Shown: piece after piece, positions 1-9,696 of the stretch
How the letters are laid out: every line of letters begins with the position of its first letter
Position numbering within the stretch: position 1 is the first letter of the stretch
Origin: Planctomycetota bacterium
GTDB taxonomy: Bacteria; Planctomycetota; Phycisphaerae; Tepidisphaerales; Tepidisphaeraceae
Direction of reading: 5' to 3'
NCBI GenBank assembly: GCA_029777755.1
Contig: JAKORQ010000370.1
Span: 1-46,772, forward strand
Length of the DNA: 46,772 bases
Notes under the pieces: generated by a model
Seen by the model: the letters and a program-made list of their open reading frames with translations, nothing else
What the model was told of the DNA's origin: nothing
Database searches by the model: none
Program-made: the position numbers and the translations under genes

Positions 1-4
1 CGGC

Positions 5-2791
5 ATGACCACGCTGACAGGCGACGGGATAAAGGTCGAGGCGGAGATGCGGCTTCAGGGACAGCAGCTTGTGCTGCGTGGCGAGTTGAAGGGATATTCA
101 GCCACCGCGGCCGGGCAACTGTCCATCCAGACCAAGCCGGGGACATATATCCAGATTCCGCCAAGCCAGCAGTTCATGGCGTGGCTGCCGGATGATGTCC
201 GCCGGGCGTACTTGCAGTTCAAGCCGCGTGGCAAGGGGCGCATCGGGATCAACCTCACCCGCGCGACACCGGGCGGGCCGTTTGACCCGGTAGTGGTGGT
301 TGACCTGTTTGAATCGCAGCTTGAGTTTGAGGATTTCCCCTATCCGCTGCAGAACTGCACGGGGCAGTTTATCTTCAGCCACGACAGCGAGAAGGATGTG
401 GATCTGCTGCGCATCCAGCAGCTTCGCGGCAACGGCGTGGCCGGCGGCCCCAACGCCAACAGCGTGGTGGAGATCAACGGGATCATCGGCCCATTTGAGA
501 AGGGTGGCCCGGGGATCGATGTGCATGTCAGCGGCAGCAACATCAGTTCCGAACCGATCCTGCGCGAGCGTTTCCCGCGAGATGTGGCCAATGCGGTGAA
601 TCTGTTTGGCCCGCCGGACTATGGGCACCGCCTGGCGGCAACCGGCGCGAAGGAGATCGAGCTTTCCGGGGAAGAGGCCCACGCGTGGCCTCAGTTTTCC
701 GGCGATTTTGATGTCTGGGTGAAGCGCGACGCCGGCTGGTACAAGCGCGTCGACACGCACGTGCAGTTGCGCCTGAAGAGCGCCACCGGCACGCTGAAAA
801 TCTTCCCCTATCCCATGCACAACATCTCGGCGGTGGTCGATATCTACAACGATCACCTGGAGATTCGCGACCTGCGCATGAACCACAACGGCGCCACCCT
901 TGAGCTGGATGGCAGTGTCGGGTTTGCCCAGCCGGTCAGCCCGGACATCCGTGTGGATGCCAGGAACGTGGCGATTGACGACGACCTGCTGGATGCCCTG
1001 CCGCCCACGGAGCGGGAGTGGATCAAGCGGCTGGCGCTGGAGGGCCGGGTTGATATCAATGGCCGGGTGTTCCTGGCGGAAGGGTCGACCAGTGAGCATG
1101 CCCGCGTCGATTTTGACCTGAACATCCGCGCTCACAATGCCATGCTGATGCGGGATGCCAACGGCCCGGCATTCACGGCGATTAATGGCGACCTTTTCCT
1201 GGAGCCGGCGCGGCTTCAGTTTGCCGATGTGACTGGCCGGCGGGGAAATGCCACGCTGGTTGCCACCGGCGAGATCGACTGGAAGGATGGCACGCCGGAC
1301 ATTGACCTGAAGCTGGATGCCGCCGACCTGCTGCTGGAAAAGACGCTGCGTGACATCCTGCCGGAAGCGGTGCAGCAGGCGTGGGATCAGCATCGCCCGG
1401 ATGGCACGACTGACCTGAGCCTTCATTACGTGATGACTACGCCGCCGGCCGATGGCTCTGCCATCGCCACCACCCGGCCGGTGGACAAGATCGACCTGAC
1501 CCTCAGGCCAAGACAGCTTTCGGCGTTTTCCGACGTCTTTCCCTATCGCGTCGACAATCTCAAGGGGCAGATCGTCGTCCGCGACAACCACGTTCGCCTG
1601 ATCGACCTCACTGGCGAGCATGGCAAGGCACAGTTCAAGGTGAACGCCGAGGGCGTCACTGCGCCGGTGATGGATTTCAAGCTGCAGGTAAGCGCCACCA
1701 ATGTGGAGCCGGATGAGGACCTGAAGGTGGCGCTGCCGGTGGCAGTGGCGGATGTGATCGATGGCCTGGCGGCCGAGGGGGCGTTTGAAATCCGCTTCGA
1801 CAAGTTGCATGTGCGCGGTTCGCCCGAGCCGCTGAAGCGCATCCAGCCGCCGCCGGCCGCCTCGAAGCGCCGGCCGGCCACCCGTCCCGCGCGGGCGATG
1901 AAGACTCCGCCGCTGGATGTCGATTTTGAGTGCGTCATCAGCAGCGCCGGCTCCGGCAAGCTGGATATCGGCCTGCCGGTATCAGAGATCTACGGGTGGA
2001 CGCGTCTCTCCGGCGAGGTGCGCGAAAACTTCCTGACCAGGCTGGAAGGCTCGATCACCGCTGACTCCTACTCGCTGATGGGGCGCAAGGGAGGCAACCT
2101 GACCGCCACTCTGCGCCGGCCAGACTACAGCAGCGGGCTGCTGCTCCAGCAGATCCGCACCGAGCTGGCGGGCGGCTCGATGGCCGGCGATGTGACCATA
2201 CTCTCCCACGACAACTCACCGTCGCAGTACGCCGTGCAGGCGGTGATCCAGCATGCCGACCTTGCCCAGGTGCTGGGGCAGAATGGCAAGGAGGCGATGG
2301 AGGGCAGCGTCACAGGGAGTTTCGATGTTGAAGGGATTTTTGGCGATACACGAAACCGTCGCGGCCGGGGACGGATCCAGATCAGCGGCAATGACATGTA
2401 CGAGGCCCCGATCATCCTGGGCTTCTTCCGCCTGGTGAACTTCGCCCTGCCGCTGCGCGATGGGGTGAACGATATCGACGTTTCCTACACGCTGATGGGT
2501 GAGCAGGCGACCTTCGACCGCATCCAGCTGAGCGCGCCCGGGCTGAACATCTACGGGGATGGCGTGCTGGATTTCGCCCGCAAGGAGATCGACCTGACGC
2601 TCAATACCGAGAATCCCGACTCGTGGCGCATGCCGCTGATCGAGCCACTGATCAAGAGGGCACGTGAGGAGCTGCTCCAGATCCGCATAAAGGGGACGCT
2701 GGAAGAACCGAAGGTGCAGGCGATGCCACTGCCCACCTTCCAGGCAACCCTGGACCGGGTGGTGCAGGATGTGAAGCAGCCGCGGCGCTAG
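5..2791 (+). CDS. large beta-rich envelope protein, possibly AsmA/TamB-like; N-terminus may lie upstream of the window
   Basis: The 928-aa ORF is open to the window edge with no upstream stop in frame. The C-terminal stretch LQIRIKGTLEEPKVQ resembles AsmA-like C-terminal regions. The family call is by eye only; the coding call is strong and the function is weak. Confidence 0.55.
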   Translation: MTTLTGDGIKVEAEMRLQGQQLVLRGELKGYSATAAGQLSIQTKPGTYIQIPPSQQFMAWLPDDVRRAYLQFKPRGKGRIGINLTRATPGGPFDPVVVVDLFESQLEFEDFPYPLQNCTGQFIFSHDSEKDVDLLRIQQLRGNGVAGGPNANSVVEINGIIGPFEKGGPGIDVHVSGSNISSEPILRERFPRDVANAVNLFGPPDYGHRLAATGAKEIELSGEEAHAWPQFSGDFDVWVKRDAGWYKRVDTHVQLRLKSATGTLKIFPYPMHNISAVVDIYNDHLEIRDLRMNHNGATLELDGSVGFAQPVSPDIRVDARNVAIDDDLLDALPPTEREWIKRLALEGRVDINGRVFLAEGSTSEHARVDFDLNIRAHNAMLMRDANGPAFTAINGDLFLEPARLQFADVTGRRGNATLVATGEIDWKDGTPDIDLKLDAADLLLEKTLRDILPEAVQQAWDQHRPDGTTDLSLHYVMTTPPADGSAIATTRPVDKIDLTLRPRQLSAFSDVFPYRVDNLKGQIVVRDNHVRLIDLTGEHGKAQFKVNAEGVTAPVMDFKLQVSATNVEPDEDLKVALPVAVADVIDGLAAEGAFEIRFDKLHVRGSPEPLKRIQPPPAASKRRPATRPARAMKTPPLDVDFECVISSAGSGKLDIGLPVSEIYGWTRLSGEVRENFLTRLEGSITADSYSLMGRKGGNLTATLRRPDYSSGLLLQQIRTELAGGSMAGDVTILSHDNSPSQYAVQAVIQHADLAQVLGQNGKEAMEGSVTGSFDVEGIFGDTRNRRGRGRIQISGNDMYEAPIILGFFRLVNFALPLRDGVNDIDVSYTLMGEQATFDRIQLSAPGLNIYGDGVLDFARKEIDLTLNTENPDSWRMPLIEPLIKRAREELLQIRIKGTLEEPKVQAMPLPTFQATLDRVVQDVKQPRR

Positions 2792-2837
2792 AGAAAGGCA
2801 CAGAGGCAGAGGCACGCAGGCGCTTCCTCTGCTTTCT

Positions 2838-4034
2838 TCATACCTGGCGCGGCCGGCGTCGGCCAAGGAGCATCGAGAACACCCCGATCAGGGCAAGTGA
2901 GCTTGGCTCGGGAACGACGTATTCCGGGTTCATGTCCAGCCGCATTACGCCCATCTCAGGGTTGCGGAAGTCGAGGATGATCTCGGAGAATGCACCATAC
3001 TCGCCGGTGCCTCCAAAAATATGGTCGGCGTAGCCGTTCATCAGGAAGTCCATGCCCAGCACGCCATCGATGCCGATGATGTCCAGCACTCCCACCAGCA
3101 CTTCAGAGGAGATCAGGTTGTCCCCCTCGTTGGTGGGCACGATCAACCGGTCGATGAAGACCATCGGCATCTCGACGGTTCCGCCGATGCCGCCGACGGC
3201 CAGGTAATCCTCAATGTCACCGCCCTCATCCTTCGGGCGCAGGTCGATTCCAAGCGCCAGGGCAGTGCTCATCGAGATGATCGAGGTCTGAGCCCCGGTA
3301 TCCAGCAGGAGGCGCTGATCCAGCTCCACGCCGTTTCTCACTGTCTTTATGTCGATCAGGGGCAAGTCCGCGAAGGTTGGACGCGGATCATCGGGATGAT
3401 CCGGATCGACCCCTGCATGCTCATAGGGCAGCATGGGCAGGTTGATGGTGTATGAAACGGGCGTGCTGGAGGGCGGCGGCGAGTCGTAAAACTCGGCGTT
3501 GGTAAAGTCGAAGCCTGACAGGAAGTCGTAGGTGATCGGCTTGGGGTCGATGGCAACGACCCTGCCGGCCATGGCAGGCATCCCGATGATCGCCGGCAGG
3601 CCCAGGTCCTTGTGTGGCATCCCCATGAAGCGGATGTTGGGAGCGACATTCACGCTGTGCGGCGGCGCGCCAGGCCAGCCCGCGAACTGAAGGTCATACA
3701 CCTCGTAGATGTACATCTGCTCAAAGCCGGCGACGCCCGACTCATAGTAAACCACCGGCTGGCCGTCGCTGTTGAGGGCAGGCGTGTAAGGATCGTGAGG
3801 ATTGGAGCTGAAGAAATCGAACGCCTGCTGGGCCAGCAGCACGCCATTGGCGCCGGTGTCCAGCAACCCCCATAGAGAGTCGCCCACCTCGATGTCAGTG
3901 CCAGGCAGCGTGAACTGGAAGATCACACGCGGCTGATCCACCGCGATGCTGTCTGCCTTGCCAAGGTTAATGTCGGCGGAAAGGCCGATGGTGCAGCTCA
4001 ACGATGCGGCCAGAAGGATGGATTCTCGCCTCAT
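2838..4034 (-). CDS. secreted tandem retropepsin-like aspartic protease with C-terminal PEP-CTERM sorting signal
   Basis: There are two D-T-G-A active-site motifs (LLDTGANGVLL and LLDTGAQTSIIS). The C-terminus VPEPSSLALIGVFSMLLGRRRPRQV has the PEP motif, a TM helix and an Arg-rich tail. The N-terminus MRRESILLAASLSC looks like a signal peptide. I chose the ATG at 4034, which is preceded by AGGAGA 5 nt upstream; the ORF-track start at 4115 is probably too long. Confidence 0.8.
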   Translation of the reverse strand: MRRESILLAASLSCTIGLSADINLGKADSIAVDQPRVIFQFTLPGTDIEVGDSLWGLLDTGANGVLLAQQAFDFFSSNPHDPYTPALNSDGQPVVYYESGVAGFEQMYIYEVYDLQFAGWPGAPPHSVNVAPNIRFMGMPHKDLGLPAIIGMPAMAGRVVAIDPKPITYDFLSGFDFTNAEFYDSPPPSSTPVSYTINLPMLPYEHAGVDPDHPDDPRPTFADLPLIDIKTVRNGVELDQRLLLDTGAQTSIISMSTALALGIDLRPKDEGGDIEDYLAVGGIGGTVEMPMVFIDRLIVPTNEGDNLISSEVLVGVLDIIGIDGVLGMDFLMNGYADHIFGGTGEYGAFSEIILDFRNPEMGVMRLDMNPEYVVPEPSSLALIGVFSMLLGRRRPRQV

Positions 4035-4136
4035 ACGCTCTCCTGTATAGACGGGCCACAATCCCATATACAGCAAAATGCGGATTGGGGGGAGGGAAAA
4101 ATGCCCCAGTCCCATGGAGAGCCGGAAGATGCGGTG

Positions 4137-6347
4137 CTACTTCCAGTGCATCTCATCGGTGCCCGCGTCGGGGTTCTCTGCCACCGGGACGTCGAGGGTG
4201 ACCTTGGTGCCCATCCCCGGCGCGGAGTGGATGTGCATGTGGCCATCCATGCTGATGAGGCGCTCGCGGATGCTGAACAGGCCGTAGCCGCCTTTATGAT
4301 CCGGCCGGCTGGCCGAGTGCGGGATAAATCCCCGGCCCTCATCCTCCACGGTGACGCGGATACGTGAACCATGCCGCTCCACGCGTACGGTGGCATGGGC
4401 AGTCCCGGCATGCTTGGCGACATTCACCAGCAGCTCACGCAGGCACTGGTACAGCGTTACGCGCAGCGGCAGCGCGATGGGCTTCTCATGCTCATCCTCG
4501 CTGAAATGCACATGCAGGCCGTAGAGGCGCTTGAAGTCCTCGGCGAGCCACTCCGCCGCCGGGGCGAAGCCCAGCTCATAGAGCGCCGGGTGGCTCAGCT
4601 GCAGCATCAGCGAGCGTGAGCCGTTGTTGCTGCGATCGATGATGCTGGTGATGTCGCGGCAGGTCTCGCGCAGCTTCTCAGGGTCGCATTCCGACCGCAC
4701 CAGCGACAGCTTTATGCGCGCCAGCGCCAGGTACTGGCACACCTCGTCATGCAGGTAGACGGAGAGCTTGCGGCGCTCCCGTTCCTCCGCCAGCGACGCC
4801 TCCATCGCCAGTGAACGCAGGCGTGCCTCGTAGGCGCGCTTGGCCTCGCGGCTTTCGTGGCGCTCGGTCATGTCGCGGAAGAATCCGCCCAGGTAGTCGC
4901 GCCCGCCCAGGCGGATGGGGAAGGTACTTACGTCGGCGTAGAACGAGCTGCCGTCCTTGCGCAGTATCTTCACATCCTGCAATGCCCCTTCCGAGCCGGC
5001 GGCATTGGAGAGCAACTGCCTCCAGCGGCCTTCCCGCTCAGCCTCGGGGAGGATGCTGTTGAGGCTGAGCGTGCAGATCTCGCGAAGTTCGTACCCCAGC
5101 ATGCGGCAGAATGTGGGGTTGGCGCTGTGGAAATTCCCGGTGGTGACGTCGGCGAGGACGATTCCATCGGGAGCGTTCTCCACCACCGCGCGGAAACGGG
5201 CTTCCGACTCGATCAGTGCCTGCTGCGCCTCGCGCTTGGCGGTGATGTCGCGGGCGATGCCGGCCGTGCCAATCACCTTGCCCTCGGCATCGGGCACAGG
5301 GAGCTTGATGATGTCGAACCATTTCTCATTGCCGGCCCTGTCGCTCAGCTTCCTCTCGACGCGCAACTCCTGGCCGGTCTGGAGGACGTGGGCATTTTCC
5401 GACTCAATCTGCGCGGCGATTTCCGGCGGGAAAAGATCCTCCGGCGTGAACCCGAAAACCTCATCCGCCTCGCGCCCGGCGAATCGCACCCAGGCGCGGT
5501 TCACCGCGATGATGCGTCCATCCTGGTCGTTGAGCCATGCGGGATCGGGGATGGCGTCCAGCAGCGTGCGCTGGCGGATCTCCGCCGCATGCAGCGCGGC
5601 CTGCGCTTCCCGGCGTTCGGTGATATCCCGCACGACGCTCAGCAGGATGCGTTCATTGTCCAGATCGATCCCTCGGGAGCTGACCTCAACGTGGAATTCA
5701 CTGCCATCGGCGCGGCGATGTATTGTCTCAAACAGTACCCCGGGGCCGTTGGCCGCCTCCATGTGCTCAGGAATGTTATCCTGCTGGCAGGGGGAACGCA
5801 GGTCGGCGATGGTCAGGCTCAGCAGCTGTTCGCGGCTGTAGCCATATGCCAGCTCGGCCGCCCGGTTTGCCTCGATGATCTTCCCATCGCGATAGCGGAT
5901 GAACAGCGCGATATCCCGGCCATGCTGCACCAGCAACTGGTAGCGCTCGAGCATGGCCTGCGAACGGCGGGCGATCTGCGCCTGCTCCTGGGTGCGGCGG
6001 CGGCTCTCCCGCGCGTAGTGCCCGATGACGGCGATCCCGGTGTTGTTCAGTGTCACCCACAGCGCGTGAAAGAACTGGCCCTGGTCGGCAAATGGCGAGG
6101 TGAGTTCTCCGAAGATGTACATACCACCCAGCGAGACTATTGCGGTGGCGATGGCCGGGAGAAACCCGCACCATAGAGAGACGAGCATCACGGCGGGGAA
6201 TGAGGCAACAAACGGAGCATTCTGCGAGAGCAGGGGCTCCAGCAGAAGGCCGGCCATGATGCTTATGGCCGCCAACCCGACGGCGGGCAGGCATTGCCTC
6301 AGACAATCAGAGACAACCAGCTTTGAAGTTCCAGAGGATCTCGGCAT
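4137..6347 (-). CDS. membrane sensor histidine kinase, multi-PAS, HisKA_3 (NarL-partner type) plus HATPase_c
   Basis: The N-terminus has hydrophobic helices, followed by about three PAS-like repeats (e.g. RDITERREAQ, RDITAKREAQ, RDMTERHESR linkers). The H-box is YLHDEVCQYLA. The C-terminal ATPase region is VEDEGRGF...GGYGL. Confidence 0.9.
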   Translation of the reverse strand: MPRSSGTSKLVVSDCLRQCLPAVGLAAISIMAGLLLEPLLSQNAPFVASFPAVMLVSLWCGFLPAIATAIVSLGGMYIFGELTSPFADQGQFFHALWVTLNNTGIAVIGHYARESRRRTQEQAQIARRSQAMLERYQLLVQHGRDIALFIRYRDGKIIEANRAAELAYGYSREQLLSLTIADLRSPCQQDNIPEHMEAANGPGVLFETIHRRADGSEFHVEVSSRGIDLDNERILLSVVRDITERREAQAALHAAEIRQRTLLDAIPDPAWLNDQDGRIIAVNRAWVRFAGREADEVFGFTPEDLFPPEIAAQIESENAHVLQTGQELRVERKLSDRAGNEKWFDIIKLPVPDAEGKVIGTAGIARDITAKREAQQALIESEARFRAVVENAPDGIVLADVTTGNFHSANPTFCRMLGYELREICTLSLNSILPEAEREGRWRQLLSNAAGSEGALQDVKILRKDGSSFYADVSTFPIRLGGRDYLGGFFRDMTERHESREAKRAYEARLRSLAMEASLAEERERRKLSVYLHDEVCQYLALARIKLSLVRSECDPEKLRETCRDITSIIDRSNNGSRSLMLQLSHPALYELGFAPAAEWLAEDFKRLYGLHVHFSEDEHEKPIALPLRVTLYQCLRELLVNVAKHAGTAHATVRVERHGSRIRVTVEDEGRGFIPHSASRPDHKGGYGLFSIRERLISMDGHMHIHSAPGMGTKVTLDVPVAENPDAGTDEMHWK

Positions 6348-6936
6348 TTTAATGTACGGCCTTCCGCCAAGTCATCCCTCCGGATAGCCAGCAGCAGACT
6401 GACTTCGCCTCCGCTACCTCCGTTGCCCTCCAACGGGCTGCAGAGCATACAGCATTAGTGCAGCGGGGACGAGACTGCGCTTGTTAGTCAATAATCAGGA
6501 TAACTGAAAACCTTCAGTTTCGTGGCATGGACCACACTTATACGCACGGTTGGGCGGGCCAATGAATGCGGTAAACGAGCGCTAGACGAGAAAATACTTA
6601 AACAAGGCTGAGTGAGGGTGGCCTCCGCAAGTCCAAAATACAACCAGGCGAGCACAAAACCATAATCCGTTGTTCGCGTCTGTGGTGGTTACAACAACCA
6701 ATAGTGGTCACACAGGCAGGTAAACGTAAACAGCAGGCCCGCAAAATAAGTAAATCTTCGCGCCGATGCAAAGAAGAAATCCCCGCTGTGTTAATTTGAT
6801 CAATATTGGGATACGAGAAGTATGTCCGACAGGGGCATCCGGGGAGCTGGAGCGTCATCGGGAGAACACAACTGCCTGATGGAACCTTGCGATGGGCTTT
6901 TTCCCGTGCCTCCTGAAGCTGCGTATCGCGCTACGT

Positions 6937-8157
6937 TTACTTTGGGTCCTTCTCCTTCATCGCCGACTCGATCTCCCTGAGCGCTTCCTCGCTGACGCGA
7001 TACGCCTTCACCGAGGCGCCCGCGTAGGTGCCGGTCAGCTCGTCATCGGAGGCCTTCTTCAGCCGGAATGAGTCGCGCATGAATCGGCCGGTGATTTCAT
7101 CGCTGCGCAAGCGCCATGTGCCTTTCTGCGGCAGGCCGGAGATCGTGAGCGAGCCATCGGCGTGCAGGGTCATGATGCCGGCTACCTTGCTGCTGATGAT
7201 CTGCCAGTGGGTGCCGGCAAACTGATTGGTGCTGGCGCTGGCGGCCGGGCGCTGCTGCGATTGTTGCTGCCCTTCGGCCGATCGCGCGGGCGCTTCTGCG
7301 GCCTGCTTGGTCCGCGAAGCAGCAGGATCGTTCTCCTGAGCGGTTGCTACCGGGTTGGCCGATGAAGACGCGGCCGGCACGCCAGTGGCATCCGCAGCGC
7401 TTTCCGTGGCAGCGGTGACGTCTGCGGCGCCGGCGGGTTCACTATCGGCTGGCGCAACGATGGGCGCCTGGTCTGTCTCAGCGGGCGGGGGAGAGGACAT
7501 CCAGTGCAGCAGCCCGTAGGTGATCCCGCCAGCCAGTATGCAGCCGCCGACCGTGAGCTTAACCACCAGGGCAGTGTTCACCTCCGGCTCATTCTCATCC
7601 CCGGACGACTTTTCTACCACCGGCGGGATGGGAGCCGCCGGCACTGTCCTGCTTCCTCGCTTGGCCTGTCGATGCTCACTGCTCTCAAGCTTCTCGGCCG
7701 GTGGCTTTGACTTCCTGGCATCAGATGAAGCGGCAGCGGCCGACGGCTGGGTATCTGAGTGAGACGATTTGGCGGGGGCAGGCGGCGCGTTCTCGGCGAT
7801 CTTCGCATCCAGGTCGCTTACTTGCAGGGCGTCGTAGCGCGTCTTGTGGGGCGTGAGGACTTTCTGCTTCGGCTGGGCCTTGAGTTTCTCGTCATAGGCG
7901 GCCTTCTGCTCGGGATCCAGCAGGCATTGGCGCGCCGCCTCGATCTCCTGCAGGATGCGCTCGGCGATATCGGGGAACTTCTGCTGTCCGCACTTGCGAA
8001 CGTGCTCCGACTGGCGGACGGCGGCTTCCTCGATCACCTGCGTGTCTGACTCAAACTCGTTGATCCCCAGCAGGCGATAGTGAGTGGGCGGCTGGTGGCG
8101 CTTGTGGATCCGCAGCCACTTGAAGTATGCATCGAACCTGTGAGCCTCAGAACTCAT
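6937..8157 (-). CDS. J-domain-like membrane protein lacking the HPD motif
   Basis: The N-terminus YRLLGINEFESDTQVIEEAAVRQSEHVRKCGQQKF...LLDPEQKAAYDEKL aligns to a DnaJ J-domain, but HVRKCG replaces the YHPDKN position. A low-complexity Ala/Pro/Ser linker follows, then one TM helix (LVVKLTVGGCILAGGITYGLL) and a small C-terminal domain. Confidence 0.75.
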   Translation of the reverse strand: MSSEAHRFDAYFKWLRIHKRHQPPTHYRLLGINEFESDTQVIEEAAVRQSEHVRKCGQQKFPDIAERILQEIEAARQCLLDPEQKAAYDEKLKAQPKQKVLTPHKTRYDALQVSDLDAKIAENAPPAPAKSSHSDTQPSAAAASSDARKSKPPAEKLESSEHRQAKRGSRTVPAAPIPPVVEKSSGDENEPEVNTALVVKLTVGGCILAGGITYGLLHWMSSPPPAETDQAPIVAPADSEPAGAADVTAATESAADATGVPAASSSANPVATAQENDPAASRTKQAAEAPARSAEGQQQSQQRPAASASTNQFAGTHWQIISSKVAGIMTLHADGSLTISGLPQKGTWRLRSDEITGRFMRDSFRLKKASDDELTGTYAGASVKAYRVSEEALREIESAMKEKDPK

Positions 8158-8299
8158 CTCTCACCCATGCCCCTCGAAAACAACCTGCCGCTGACATGAT
8201 AGGATGCGGCCAACGGTCACGAGTGAGATGAAATATAACCTACCGGCGGGCAATTCTGCACGTCGACAGGACACATATTTGCTGAGATCGCGCAGTTTT

Positions 8300-9601
8300 C
8301 TACAGGCTGATCACGAATGTATTGAACGACTGCCCGGGCAGATTGGCGCTGAGTATCCCGCCGGGATGGGCAAACGCCAGCTCGCGCTTCTCCTCAAAGG
8401 GGTTGGCGACAACCAGCACCATCGAGCCATCGGGGTTGCTGAAGCAGACCGCGTTCCCGGCCCACTGCCCGGCGAGCCCCAGCCGCACCGCGCCCGGTGA
8501 GATGAAGTGCGAGTAATGCTTCATCACGTAGAACTCGGGCGTGTACCGAACGGTTCCCTTGTCGGGGTCGACGACGACCATGGAGTTCTGCTTCCAGCCC
8601 CAGGTGCTTCGCCCGCCTGGCGGCAGCACCATGTTCCAGTAGACGTACCAGCGCACGCCGTGGATCAGGTAGTGCTGGAAAAGCTGGAAGATGTAGTGTG
8701 CGTACTTCCACGTGTTGTTGCCGTCGCCGCACTCGTTCTCACTCTGCATCAGCGGCACTTCCGGGAAGGCTTTGAGCGTGCGATGGATGGCGTGCTTGCC
8801 GGCCCATTGGTAGCTCACCCCGGCCACCAGCTCGCGGGCGCGCGGATCGGAGAGCACCGTCAGGGCAAACTCGTTGTAGTCGTCGGAGTTGATCGTGCCC
8901 AGCCAGATCTCAGCCGGGACCCTGCGCTTCCTGAAGGTCGGGCCCAGGTGATCGCGGATGAAGTCGCGCAATTGCGCGCCTGACCAGAGGCATGAGGGGA
9001 ACTTCTGGTCGGCCACCGGCTCATTCTGCACGTGGACCTGGGAGATCCTTATTCCCTCGCGGGCGTACTCCTCGACGAAGCGGGCGAAATACAGGGCATA
9101 GGCGTCGAGGTTCTTCTTCTCCCAGATAAGTTGGCCATAGTTGTAGACCGCGGGATACTTCATCCACGTCGGCGGGCTCCAGGGAGAGGCGAACAGCTCC
9201 AGCCCCGGCTGGTGGCGCATCGCCGACTTGATGTAGGGGATGAGGTTCTGGCGATCGCGCTCGATCGAAAAGTTCCGCATGCGGCAATCGCCGGGCGTCT
9301 CGTTGCAGCTGTACCAGTCAAGTGCGTAGTCGGATGCTCCGATCGGCACGCGCCCGAAGGTGAACCGGCAGCCATCCTTGCCGAAAAGCGCGGCCAGCAC
9401 CTGCTCGCGGCGATTGGCTGGAAGCTTGCGCATCACGTCCCAGCCCATCTCATTGAAGCATCCACCCCAGCCGGCGAACGTCTGGTGTCGCAGACCACTC
9501 AAGCGAAGGTTACTGGCCGAGTGGTTCTCCGAGAGGTCAGAGCGCTTCTGCCAGGGTTTATCCTCAGTGGAGCAGATCCATTTCTCCTTGCCGCGCGCCA
9601 T
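8300..9601 (-). CDS. glycoside hydrolase family 30 (glucosylceramidase-like)
   Basis: It has GH30-type motifs: FGRVPIGASDY, FASPWSPPTWMK and VHVQNEP (acid/base Glu region). No obvious signal peptide is present. Confidence 0.8.
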   Translation of the reverse strand: MARGKEKWICSTEDKPWQKRSDLSENHSASNLRLSGLRHQTFAGWGGCFNEMGWDVMRKLPANRREQVLAALFGKDGCRFTFGRVPIGASDYALDWYSCNETPGDCRMRNFSIERDRQNLIPYIKSAMRHQPGLELFASPWSPPTWMKYPAVYNYGQLIWEKKNLDAYALYFARFVEEYAREGIRISQVHVQNEPVADQKFPSCLWSGAQLRDFIRDHLGPTFRKRRVPAEIWLGTINSDDYNEFALTVLSDPRARELVAGVSYQWAGKHAIHRTLKAFPEVPLMQSENECGDGNNTWKYAHYIFQLFQHYLIHGVRWYVYWNMVLPPGGRSTWGWKQNSMVVVDPDKGTVRYTPEFYVMKHYSHFISPGAVRLGLAGQWAGNAVCFSNPDGSMVLVVANPFEEKRELAFAHPGGILSANLPGQSFNTFVISL

Positions 9602-9696
9602 TTCCGCAACCTTTCTCTGTGCAACGAGGTGAAAAGCGCGAGCGGCGGCGTTAACCGCCGCCCGCGTGAGTATGTACTATCTTTGGCCGCGATCGT

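Noticed and set aside
98-1810. A long antisense ORF (570 aa) lies opposite the first gene. Similar long opposite-strand ORFs occur throughout, e.g. 4857-6176, 13719-14786, 15151-15972, 19760-20737, 20701-21834, 22439-23443, 24084-24989, 25039-26043, 33199-34197, 41237-42268 and 43743-45164.
   Set aside because: Their translations are Arg/Ala/Gly/His-rich and low-complexity, typical of shadow ORFs in GC-rich DNA. Each fully overlaps a gene with clear family motifs on the other strand.
6598-6858. An 86-aa Cys-rich ORF lies in the long AT-rich spacer.
   Set aside because: It has odd composition and no RBS or recognisable motif. It sits in DNA whose GC content departs from that of the coding regions, so it is probably non-coding.
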